In this document: piece by piece, positions 1 through 8,167 of the stretch
Numbering within the stretch: position 1 is the first letter of the stretch
How the letters are laid out: every line of letters begins with the position of its first letter
Source: Candidatus Thorarchaeota archaeon
Lineage (GTDB): Archaea; Asgardarchaeota; Heimdallarchaeia; Hodarchaeales; Hodarchaeaceae
DNA length: 13,006 nt
Direction of reading: 5' to 3'
Assembly (NCBI GenBank): GCA_048882505.1
Contig: JBHLRO010000040.1
Span: 1 to 13,006 of the forward strand
Made by a program: the position numbers and the translations under genes
Notes under the pieces: model-generated
Databases searched by the model: none
What the model was told of the DNA's origin: nothing
What the model saw: the letters and a program-made list of their open reading frames with translations, nothing else

Positions 1-471
1 GGCAAAGGAGTGAAATATGAGTGGTTGGTGATGGGTCGAGCCAATACACCCCCTTCTCCCCTTATGAAACAACTGATTGATTCAAAAGCTGGACTAGATC
101 CGATTATCCCGAGAAGCGCACGCAGTCACAGCTATGCCAAGGAATTATTAACAAGAATAAAAGCAAATAAGGGGATAATGGACAATCCAGAAAATTTAGA
201 GCATTTTCACGAATTTATTGACAAAGCCCAAAGAGGATTTCAGAATTTACCCTTTTATAAGAGGGTTCAGAAATCTCTAGATGTGGAAAACTATTGGAAT
301 AGTTTAATGCGGTCATATAGAAGTAATGAAATCAAGGAACTCCATAAGCTCAACTTGGAACGCTTTTACCGAGTTTGGAAAGAGGTAGTTGTTTCAAACC
401 ATACTGAACAAGTAAAAGAGCTTGGAAAGCGATTTCAAACGATAAATAACGAAACTGATCTCATAAAATGA
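1..471 (+). CDS. Hypothetical protein, probably 5'-truncated by the window edge
   Basis: Frame +1 is open from base 1 (GKG-VKYEW...) to TGA at 469-471, so the GTG at 10 need not be the start. Charged, helical-looking sequence; no motif recognised. Ends 13 bp before the next CDS. Confidence 0.75.
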   Translation, partial: GKGVKYEWLVMGRANTPPSPLMKQLIDSKAGLDPIIPRSARSHSYAKELLTRIKANKGIMDNPENLEHFHEFIDKAQRGFQNLPFYKRVQKSLDVENYWNSLMRSYRSNEIKELHKLNLERFYRVWKEVVVSNHTEQVKELGKRFQTINNETDLIK

Positions 472-484
472 ACTGTTAGGTTAT

Positions 485-1990
485 GTGACAGGAATGAAGG
501 ACAAGATTGGTTCTGAAAGCGTTTTACTCCGCTCTGAAACAGCCAATTTGAATAACTTGCAGGCACAACTCCAGAAGCCTTTTCCTCAGATAGATGACCT
601 CCAATTTGAAGATCAAGGGTACATCATAGAGGGAGCATACGTAGTCGGATTAAAACTTCAAAACATGGAGCTAACAGCGCTTCCTGACAATTTAAATAAA
701 TTCTATCAGCTTAAACATCTCTATTTAAGTCAAAACACTTTCAGTTCTTTAGATCTAGATCCACTTTATGGCTCCTCTAGTCTTGAACTTCTAGAATTGG
801 ATCAATGTGGACTGGAACGTCTTGATTTGACACCCCTTCAGGAATGCAGGAATTTGGCAATACTAAAACTAAGCCAAAACCAAATCAAATCAATAGATTT
901 GTCCCCATTACAGCACTGTCAACAGCTTGAATTTCTAAAGCTCGATAATAATCAACTAAAAACGATAGATTTAACTCCACTGACAGATTGTACAAAGATC
1001 GGACATTTGAATCTGAACAACAATCAATTGCAGGATGTCAACCTTAATTTTCTCGATAAAACAACAACATTACGCACTCTTGGCTTGGCTGGTAATCCGC
1101 TAACAAAGCTAGATATTACTCTGCTTCTATTTCAAAGTAATTTTAGTGATTTAAACATCGACTTCGAAATTCCCCTCTCCCTTTCTCCGGTTCATCGTAA
1201 TTATGCCTTGAATCACCATTGGTTTACTAGCGAGTTTTTACCTCGTGTAAATTGGATCCTGCCCAAGGAAGATCTCCCGTACCGAGACCTCTTCCAACGG
1301 TACCAAAACATCATTCGGTACTTTCGCCATGAGGAATATTGGCCCGATTATCGGGACCGCCGCTTGAAAACGCCTCCTGAAAACTCGGATGAAGTCCGAT
1401 TTTTCGAATATCTGGTCGAACGGTATATGGAGATCAAGGATCGCCCATGCTCAGAGTATTTCGCCAAAGAGCAAAAGGTACGGAGGGAACAATTACTCAG
1501 CCGAGTTCAAGATCGATTCCTAGGGTCGGACGCCTTAGGGGCTATGCTGAAAGACTATTTTGAACCGTATAATGAACCAAGGGTGACTGTATCCTTGATT
1601 GAGGATGCGCTTCAAAATCTCCTCCGGATTCTATTGTTACACTACTGGCCTACCCATAGCCCGAGTCAGCTTCGCCTTGTTCAGACAATTACATGGATAA
1701 AAGTGGACATAGATGATCCTAACCAATGTTATCACCTCCATTTCGGCTTCAATCGCGGTAGGCAACAAGCGGGGCAGAAATTTCACCCAGTTTCTCCTCC
1801 AAAAGAATACCCGCCCGATGTAATCACGACAACAGAGGTCATGTATGAAGTTAAGTCCCTGACGACTTCAAATCTGCTAGAGTTACTGGAACAGTGCCGG
1901 GAGTGGTTACAGAGAAGTTTCTATCCGAAATTCGATTCTGTGTGGCCAAAAGGCATCTATTGGAGCAGTGCAAGACAACCAAACTTTTGA
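485..1990 (+). CDS. Leucine-rich-repeat protein with an unknown C-terminal domain
   Basis: 501-aa ORF (GTG 485; alternative ATG 494). It has a cap-like segment (YIIEGAYVVGLKLQN), then tandem 24-aa LRRs with consensus LxxLxLxxNxLxxLDLxPLxxCxx, then ~280 aa with no recognisable motif. Confidence 0.92.
   Translation: MTGMKDKIGSESVLLRSETANLNNLQAQLQKPFPQIDDLQFEDQGYIIEGAYVVGLKLQNMELTALPDNLNKFYQLKHLYLSQNTFSSLDLDPLYGSSSLELLELDQCGLERLDLTPLQECRNLAILKLSQNQIKSIDLSPLQHCQQLEFLKLDNNQLKTIDLTPLTDCTKIGHLNLNNNQLQDVNLNFLDKTTTLRTLGLAGNPLTKLDITLLLFQSNFSDLNIDFEIPLSLSPVHRNYALNHHWFTSEFLPRVNWILPKEDLPYRDLFQRYQNIIRYFRHEEYWPDYRDRRLKTPPENSDEVRFFEYLVERYMEIKDRPCSEYFAKEQKVRREQLLSRVQDRFLGSDALGAMLKDYFEPYNEPRVTVSLIEDALQNLLRILLLHYWPTHSPSQLRLVQTITWIKVDIDDPNQCYHLHFGFNRGRQQAGQKFHPVSPPKEYPPDVITTTEVMYEVKSLTTSNLLELLEQCREWLQRSFYPKFDSVWPKGIYWSSARQPNF
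710..1126 (+). repeat. Coding tandem repeat with a 72-bp / 24-aa period (five full LRR units and one partial, plus a degenerate unit from ~641)
   Basis: Units: LKHLYLSQNTFSSLDLDPLYGSSS / LELLELDQCGLERLDLTPLQECRN / LAILKLSQNQIKSIDLSPLQHCQQ / LEFLKLDNNQLKTIDLTPLTDCTK / IGHLNLNNNQLQDVNLNFLDKTTT / LRTLGLAGNPLTKLDITLL. At DNA level ATAGATTT recurs at 893 and 965, 72 bp apart. Confidence 0.92.
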
Positions 1991-2089
1991 GCTGCATTTC
2001 CGAAGAGAGAGGATTATTGACTTTTGGAAGAAAACACAATAGTATTGGTTGTGTAGGGCGGCCATTTTTTCTTTGCTTTATCAAGGTAA

Positions 2090-2703
2090 GAAAGTGCAGT
2101 TCGATGGTCAGATATTCTAGTTATTCTCGATCCATATTTTATTGGCAACGATTACACGCTGGAAGGTCATCTTTTCCGAGAACAGAAAAACTATACGAAA
2201 ACTGCCATAATAAAACCTAATGAAGATACAGGGAATTTTAGTGCCTTCTTTGAGTAAGAAAAGCCATTATTTCTATCCATATCGGACTTCTAAAGACTTT
2301 CAAGCGCCTTTCTGGATCTTAATGAAGCTAGATAATGTTATTCAAGTGGTGGATGATTTCACGAAGCAAGTTAGCAGCAAATCCTTCATTGAAAAAATCA
2401 TCCCAAAACTATTCTGGACCTTTACTTTCCCCGTCTTAGTGTGTAAGTGTGTCGGGGTCGGTACTCAGTTATGAATTTAGGTTAACGCGCCCTTTGAGGC
2501 CCGCATCCAAAACGATTCCGTTTCCCAATAAATCGCTGCAGTGGCTTCAAACCTGCAAAGTTGATAGCTAGTTGATACCTATTTGAGATATCAATGATAA
2601 GTTGGTTATTTATACATCCAGCTCTAATAACTACGAGCTTGAAACGGGAATAAGATAACCTATCTGTTCCCTCGATAAGTAGTCCGTGGACATTATCGAA
2701 CAA
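2090..2703. pseudogene. Possible decayed coding remnant of unknown identity
   Basis: Short protein-like open stretches broken by stops or frame changes, e.g. + strand 2090-2257 (..DILVILDPYFIGNDYTLEGHLFREQKNYTKTAIIKPNEDTGNFSAFFE*, no start codon) and the 84-aa ORF 2220-2474. No family recognised. Confidence 0.25.
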
Positions 2704-2713
2704 TGATATATAA
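2697..2713 (+). promoter_or_regulatory. Candidate archaeal BRE/TATA promoter for the secreted-protein gene
   Basis: Purine-rich GAACAAT followed by GATATATAA (2705-2713), ending 22 bp before ATG 2736. The spacing fits a leaderless or short-leader archaeal transcript. Confidence 0.4.
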
Positions 2714-2735
2714 CAGAGAAGAGGTTTGAAAAGGC

Positions 2736-3398
2736 ATGAAAACTCTAAAAATGTATAAACGTCAGGTTATTTGCATAGCCATCATCTTTGGATGTCTTTC
2801 CCTACAATTGAATGGGATTAGTGCAGCACAATCTTTTTACAGAGGCGCAGAAGATGCGTGGATCCATACCGATCCTGGTCTGACTGGTACAAAGGGAAAC
2901 GGTGGAATTCGGGCCGACCATGTTAACGATCTCGGTATCTATGCATATGGTGGTTTCTGGATTTGGGAATGGGGGCTAGCACAAATTACTCTGGATATGA
3001 AATTAGGAGGCGATAAATTCTATATAAATGTGGGTGAGTATTGGCAGATCAAGATGAGATGGAGGTTTAACGGCTATCATCAAGATTCAGGAAGCGACAG
3101 TTGGTTTGCAATCGATTATTATATCCTAAAATATAGCACAGGCACAACGCAGGAGGATTATATTACCCATTACATAGACCACTGGTCATGGGCTGCTCCA
3201 GATCCATGGAATGAATGGAATGGTGAATATGTGACACATTCACACATCTTCTACCCTCATAGTAGCGATTACTATCGGGTGGTAATGGCTATAAGCTGTA
3301 AACAAACAACACAATTTTCTGCTTATGTAACAAATTTTTTAACTGGCGACCGTTATATAAAGTGTATATCAGTCACAGGGGAGCTCATGCAATTATAG
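2736..3398 (+). CDS. Secreted (Sec signal peptide) Trp/Tyr-rich hypothetical protein
   Basis: 220 aa. Basic n-region (MKTLKMYKR), hydrophobic h-region (VICIAIIFGCLSL), likely cleavage at ISA|AQ. 11 Trp and 18 Tyr by hand count, alternating beta-strand-like patterns, no further TM segment. Confidence 0.88.
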   Translation: MKTLKMYKRQVICIAIIFGCLSLQLNGISAAQSFYRGAEDAWIHTDPGLTGTKGNGGIRADHVNDLGIYAYGGFWIWEWGLAQITLDMKLGGDKFYINVGEYWQIKMRWRFNGYHQDSGSDSWFAIDYYILKYSTGTTQEDYITHYIDHWSWAAPDPWNEWNGEYVTHSHIFYPHSSDYYRVVMAISCKQTTQFSAYVTNFLTGDRYIKCISVTGELMQL

Positions 3399-3423
3399 TG
3401 AAAGGTAATAAAAATAGGCCATA

Positions 3424-3456
3424 AAGGGGGCTCTAAATTCCCCCTTGTTTTCCTCC
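3424..3456 (+). terminator. Terminator-like hairpin with pyrimidine tail
   Basis: AAGGGGG (3424-3430), 9-nt loop, CCCCCTT (3440-3446), then GTTTTCCTCC. It starts 25 bp after the stop of 2736-3398. Confidence 0.5.
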
Positions 3457-3699
3457 TAAAAGCCTCAGTTGTTTAAACGAGCTGTTTCATAACCTTACCG
3501 TGGAATTTGATGTTTAGCACTGGTCGTTGGTTGTTTCTTATAGTCCACATAAGACGGGTCGTTTTAGGTTAGTCTTAGGTATTTCAGAGGCTGGCAAAAG
3601 ATACATCCCATTTTCGACCCCAGAGAGGGAAAGTAGGATCATATTGTGTGCCAGATTGTTGTGAATTCGTCTCAAAACTAGAACTTTAAGTGCAATCCG

Positions 3700-4210
3700 A
3701 GGTTGTGCTCGCGAGAGCGAGACTGCTCCTCCTGACCAAGCTAGCCCGCTACACTCACCACCTGTACTTTTTCTCCCCAGATTCTCAGGAAGAAATACAT
3801 CCTGTCATCTAGGGGATGTGAGGGTTGCCAATATGCTGCAATCGATACCTGGTCATCACACGATGAAATCGATGGCCGCCTGGATGTTGAAACGCTTTAA
3901 AACTCTAGATAAACACTGGGAACCGAGTGAAGGGATCCCACCGCGGATTGGACGATCAGACATCTAAGAGCTGGAACAAATTCCCCCGACCCGTCCCGAA
4001 TGTGTTGTGAAGTAATCATAACAGACCAAATATGACTTTGATTCCGCGTGCTGCCCGATGGCATAACTCCCGCCGCTCGCGTGCCTGAGTGTACGCGATA
4101 CAAATCTTCTTTCAGTAATGATAAGACAACTGCAACACCAAATAATGTCGCGTTTATCTCCTGGTCGGTCTGAATCGCGAAAAGCGGAGGAGGGGCGCTC
4201 CCACCCTACC
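3700..4210. other. Higher-GC, hairpin-rich intergenic segment (structured RNA candidate or eroded element)
   Basis: Hairpins at 3708-3721 (CTCGC-GAGA-GCGAG), 3797-3819, 3838-3876 (nested), 4016-4035, 4052-4063 and 4077-4098 (8 bp). Sampled 60-mers are 52-57% GC. No convincing CDS. Confidence 0.3.
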
Positions 4211-4270
4211 GAGTACAGCAGCAGATTGCGGTGGACAACCTTTAAAGTAGATATTCTTAAAAGGATGAGC

Positions 4271-4287
4271 TCGTTAGGATTTAACGA
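4271..4287. promoter_or_regulatory. Candidate operator: inverted repeat TCGTTA-N5-TAACGA
   Basis: Perfect 6-5-6 dyad ending 36 bp upstream of the TTG at 4324 and downstream of AT-rich TTTAAA (4241-4246) and CTTAAAA (4256-4262). Confidence 0.35.
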
Positions 4288-4323
4288 AGGTGTTCTACAA
4301 ACGCTATCTGAGGGATATTAAGT

Positions 4324-5268
4324 TTGGGAAAAAACTTAACATTAGATGTCAATAACGTCTCTAAAAGTTACCAAGGAAATCAGGCTCTGAAAAACGCTAG
4401 CCTAAAATGGGAGGATGGAATATTAGGATTAATTGGGCCGAATGGAGCAGGAAAATCGACACTGATCAAGCTTATTAGTACATTAACACGTCCAGACAGT
4501 GGATCTTTAAAAGTTCTGGGGAAAGACGTCTTAAAGGAACCACTAGAAGTGAGGAGACGGATTGGTGTATTATTCGAAAATCCGGTTTTTCATCCCAAAT
4601 TAACAGTATTTTCGTCTCTCTGTTGGGTAGGTGAGATTCGAGGACTATCAACGAGGTTTGCAAAGCAACAAGCTCTGGAATTATTAGAATATTTTAAACT
4701 TGACATTAAATCAGATTCTCGGTTGGGCGAATTATCTGCGGGAATGAAACAGAAATATGGACTCATGTGTGCAACTATTGGAAATCCCCCTTTGATCATT
4801 TTGGATGAACCAACATCCAACTTGGATCCAGATTCTCGGCGTTTATACGCTTCATATATTAATCGGCTCGCTAATGAGAGTGAGTGCAGATTCTTAATTT
4901 CAAGTCATGTCCTAGGAGAGCTAGATCATCTTTGTACTGCCTTTGCTTTCATCTTTTATGGTGAAATCGCCCTGTTCGGGCAGAGAAAGGATTTGAAAAG
5001 TAAGGATTATCTCCCAAAATATGGTATTATGACAAAGAACACACAAAAACTCCTTCACTTATTAGTGAAAGAAGGGGTAAAGATCGATTCGATAAATGAG
5101 AAACAAATAACGATCAAAGCAGAACGGTTTCATGAACTGTTGGAATTAGTCGTCCGTGTTCAAAAAGAAGGCTTCACCGATGAGTTAGAGATTGTTAAGG
5201 TTGAATCCGAGACTGAAGCGATATATCAAAAACTTGGTTCCCTATATAGAGAGAGGAAAGGAGTATGA
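4324..5268 (+). CDS. ABC-2-type transporter ATP-binding protein (BcrA/LanF/DrrA-like), operon 1
   Basis: Walker A GPNGAGKST, FENP at the Q-loop position, signature LSAGMKQK, Walker B/D-loop IILDEPTSNLD, H-loop SSH, ~90-aa C-terminal extension. TTG start; the stop overlaps the next ATG (ATGA). Confidence 0.96.
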   Translation: MGKNLTLDVNNVSKSYQGNQALKNASLKWEDGILGLIGPNGAGKSTLIKLISTLTRPDSGSLKVLGKDVLKEPLEVRRRIGVLFENPVFHPKLTVFSSLCWVGEIRGLSTRFAKQQALELLEYFKLDIKSDSRLGELSAGMKQKYGLMCATIGNPPLIILDEPTSNLDPDSRRLYASYINRLANESECRFLISSHVLGELDHLCTAFAFIFYGEIALFGQRKDLKSKDYLPKYGIMTKNTQKLLHLLVKEGVKIDSINEKQITIKAERFHELLELVVRVQKEGFTDELEIVKVESETEAIYQKLGSLYRERKGV

Positions 5269-6641
5269 TCATAAATCCTGGTTTCCCACTCCAACGATTT
5301 ATCAAAGAACTGGTTTTTTTTTCAACACTTCCTAAATTATTGGTCGTTAGTTCCGTTTTGATTTTTGGAATGGAAATGGCAGATGTTTTTCTCGCTTCCG
5401 ATTTGACAGCTCCTCAAGCAATCGACTCGGGGGAAAATATAGAACAGATCATCCCCATTGGGCGGGGGCAAGTTCTAACTCTCGAAGCATGGACTAAATA
5501 TTCCTTACGGCTTACAATTACATCAAATCATGCATATCAAGAGAACCAAATTAGGAAACCTTCCCTTTATGATCGATCAGGGAACCGGTTCAGCTACACG
5601 TTTACAGCTCCCAACTATACCATTCTTTTTCTCTTTTGGAACAATACAATTACCAGAGAAGTCTCTAGTCCAAACCAAATCGATGCTCATATTGCTGTCT
5701 CAGGATTCGACTTTGATATTTTTACTGTGGGTAGTTTTCTAATGCTGTTAGGTTTTCTTCTTGAAATGACCATACGAATACTTAGACGCCTCTCACGAAA
5801 GGAAAGCACGCCGAGCAAACACCCTGAATCCCGAGACCACAGATCTGGCCAGATAATGAAATATTCAAAATCACCAAGAGTAGTTCCCTCGAGACCCAGG
5901 AATGCATATTTATTGATTAGAAAAGAATCAGGAATTTTTCCTACGTATCCCCTTTTTATTCTATTAGTTTTTACCTTCATTATCGCTGATCCGATAAAAA
6001 AGCCAGTCATTCTTGCACCTAACCCAAAAGTTCTTGCTTTAGGGCTACTTAGCGGGTGGGGAGTCATCGTGGAGGGATTTTTGGTGGTTTGGACAGGAAT
6101 ACTAGTTTTGATTGCAGTAGAAATCTGGAAAACCCGATTAGAGACAAAATCCTTCCAACTGGATGCCTCTCTCCCCTTTAATCGTACCACTTACGCTGCG
6201 GTCCTGTTCATCCTTTTGAGCATAAGTAGTAGTTTTGTATTAGTTCTCCCTTTCCTGGTAGTAATCTTGATCAATATCTTCCGCTTTCTCGAAATTCCAG
6301 ACCTGGCCACTCTCACAATCTTTCTGCTCTGGCTGATCACATGGGAATTACTTGTCCTCCTTAATAGCGGGACTATTTGTTTCTTGTTTACTCGAAATTC
6401 GTTATACATCAATCTTTTCTTGGTTTTCTCCAGTATTTTAGTTCTGACAACCCTGGTTGAAGTCCTAACACCGAAACTCATCTTACCATTTCCAAATAAA
6501 ATCCGACTCTTGGTAGACTTCTTAACTTCTGGCTCTCTAACGCTAGATGGATTAGGTGGGGCAATCTTTGGAAGCCTCTTTTTGCTCCTTGGTAGTACAA
6601 CTCTCTATAATTTGGCGATCAACCGATTAGAAGTGGATTAA
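5265..6641 (+). CDS. ABC-2-type permease subunit A with an N-terminal extracytoplasmic domain, operon 1
   Basis: 458 aa: N-terminal TM, ~100-aa soluble loop containing GRGQ, second TM, basic linker, then about six TMs including the ABC-2-like motif SLPFNR. Translationally coupled to the ATPase. Confidence 0.88.
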   Translation: MIINPGFPLQRFIKELVFFSTLPKLLVVSSVLIFGMEMADVFLASDLTAPQAIDSGENIEQIIPIGRGQVLTLEAWTKYSLRLTITSNHAYQENQIRKPSLYDRSGNRFSYTFTAPNYTILFLFWNNTITREVSSPNQIDAHIAVSGFDFDIFTVGSFLMLLGFLLEMTIRILRRLSRKESTPSKHPESRDHRSGQIMKYSKSPRVVPSRPRNAYLLIRKESGIFPTYPLFILLVFTFIIADPIKKPVILAPNPKVLALGLLSGWGVIVEGFLVVWTGILVLIAVEIWKTRLETKSFQLDASLPFNRTTYAAVLFILLSISSSFVLVLPFLVVILINIFRFLEIPDLATLTIFLLWLITWELLVLLNSGTICFLFTRNSLYINLFLVFSSILVLTTLVEVLTPKLILPFPNKIRLLVDFLTSGSLTLDGLGGAIFGSLFLLLGSTTLYNLAINRLEVD

Positions 6642-6670
6642 CAAAGATTATATCATGCGGGGCCACATAT

Positions 6671-8128
6671 TTGGGATATCCAAAACTAGTTCGAAAGGCA
6701 CTCAAAGGAATAGGGTTCAAACAGAAAAGAATAGGTATTTTTACCCTTTGTTTCTTAGTATTGGAGATATTCGCGATAGGAGAAGTAATTCTGGCCTTAA
6801 ATACTTCCCGAACATATGAATTCTTTGATGCCGCATATGCATATAGTTGGGAATTTCCACCTTTAGGACCTAATGAGACGGGTCATTCAGTACCGATTGT
6901 CATTTCGAGGGGCCAGCGCGCATTTATCAACGTGTCAACTACCAATACAACTTCACTGAAATTAATTCCAGTCACGTCTGCCTGGGAAATGCCCCCATTC
7001 ACGGATTTTTCTCCTTATTCAAGTTTGAATACTTCGCATCATTTCTTCTTCACTCCTCCAGAACCAGCATATACCGTCTATTTTGCCTATTTAGGAAATT
7101 TTGGGAATGAGAGCATTGTTTATACTGGTTTCATACAGATACATGGGTTAAATTTGGATTATTTAATTATCCCGTTTTGGATCCTGGGAATTTACGTTTT
7201 TATAGTTCTAGCATATTTTATTATTGGCAGAATTTTCAGAATTTTTTCCAAAAAACACCAAAGCAGAGGTATGAACGTCTCACCCTCCACCCGCTATCGT
7301 TTCCTTAAGTTGTGGGAGCTCCAAGGACGGGAATTTGGTATCTCCCAGACCATTATTGGAACAGCGCTAATGTGGCTTGTGGTGCAACCGATGGTGACTT
7401 TAGGAGAATTTTCACTTTATGGATATTTTCTATCTTCACAAGTCTCAATTCACGATCTTCTTGAAGCAGTTGAGCTCCGTCAATTAACTCCACTCTTTAT
7501 TGGTTTGGTATTCTTCATCGTTCTAATATCTTTAGAAACTGCCGAAGTTTTTGCGGCAAAGAAAGCTCGCCGAGACATAATGCTGACTTTCTCTCTTCCA
7601 ATTGGTCGATCAGAATGGGTGATGGGCGCCTTCCTATGGAGAATCTCTTATTATGGGGGTTTGTTTGTGATATTGTTCGTGGGTAAGTCTATACTGTTAA
7701 GTCTCCAAATTGGTTTTTTTTATCCCCTGATTTCTCTATCAATGTGGTTAACTCTTTTTGGAATAAGTTTTGCAGCATGGATTGCTACGGGATTATTGGC
7801 ATCCACTGTTTTTTCTTCCAGATTAAACTCCGCCATTACTGGACTAAGTGCGAGCTTTCTCCTTACTCTCCTAATCTCTATCATGGTTAATCCAGCAAAG
7901 AACGAGGGAAACCCATTTGGTGCATCAAGGGGAGCGGGGGGGGGAGTATTTAATGCAATAAGTATGGTTTGGGATATGTGGCCGGCGCATATTGAGGTCC
8001 AAGGAATGATAGTCCACACGCTTCCCAATGTCACACAATTAGTTGCTTCAATTTTACTAACGGTGGTTTGGTTCGTTACATTTTATGCTCTTGCACATAT
8101 ATACACCCAAAGATCGGAGGTAATTTGA
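6671..8128 (+). CDS. ABC-2-type permease subunit B with an N-terminal extracytoplasmic domain, operon 1
   Basis: 485 aa, TTG start, same layout as subunit A (SRGQ loop, FSLPIGRSEW motif, C-terminal QRSEVI). Confidence 0.88.
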   Translation: MGYPKLVRKALKGIGFKQKRIGIFTLCFLVLEIFAIGEVILALNTSRTYEFFDAAYAYSWEFPPLGPNETGHSVPIVISRGQRAFINVSTTNTTSLKLIPVTSAWEMPPFTDFSPYSSLNTSHHFFFTPPEPAYTVYFAYLGNFGNESIVYTGFIQIHGLNLDYLIIPFWILGIYVFIVLAYFIIGRIFRIFSKKHQSRGMNVSPSTRYRFLKLWELQGREFGISQTIIGTALMWLVVQPMVTLGEFSLYGYFLSSQVSIHDLLEAVELRQLTPLFIGLVFFIVLISLETAEVFAAKKARRDIMLTFSLPIGRSEWVMGAFLWRISYYGGLFVILFVGKSILLSLQIGFFYPLISLSMWLTLFGISFAAWIATGLLASTVFSSRLNSAITGLSASFLLTLLISIMVNPAKNEGNPFGASRGAGGGVFNAISMVWDMWPAHIEVQGMIVHTLPNVTQLVASILLTVVWFVTFYALAHIYTQRSEVI

Positions 8129-8167
8129 TAATTTAAGGTAATAGAGATTCTTGGGGAACTATTCTGA

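Noticed and set aside
1851-2220. ORFs 1851-2084 (-) and 1894-2220 (+)
   Set aside because: Both overlap the end of the LRR gene and have non-protein-like composition.
3621-3800. RNase P or SRP RNA-like words (GAGGGAAAGT at 3625; minus-strand CAGGAGGAGCAG)
   Set aside because: Only short partial matches; the other conserved elements (P4 partner, SRP helix 8 geometry) are absent.
3646-4209. Group II intron-like ends: GTGTG at 3646 and CCACCCTAC (A at -7) at 4201-4209
   Set aside because: No domain V hairpin with an AGC/CGC triad just upstream of the putative domain VI, no clean domain VI stem, and no RT/maturase remnant.
3965-4318. Start-less minus-strand frame containing TPSLNPNE, reminiscent of the IS630 'SPELNPIE' motif
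   Set aside because: The match is weak, with no DDE context, no terminal inverted repeats and no TA duplication identified.
4118-4321. 67-aa ORF directly before ATPase 1, in the position of the HTH gene of operon 2
   Set aside because: No HTH pattern or similarity to 12656-12970, and it overlaps the likely promoter and operator; probably spurious.
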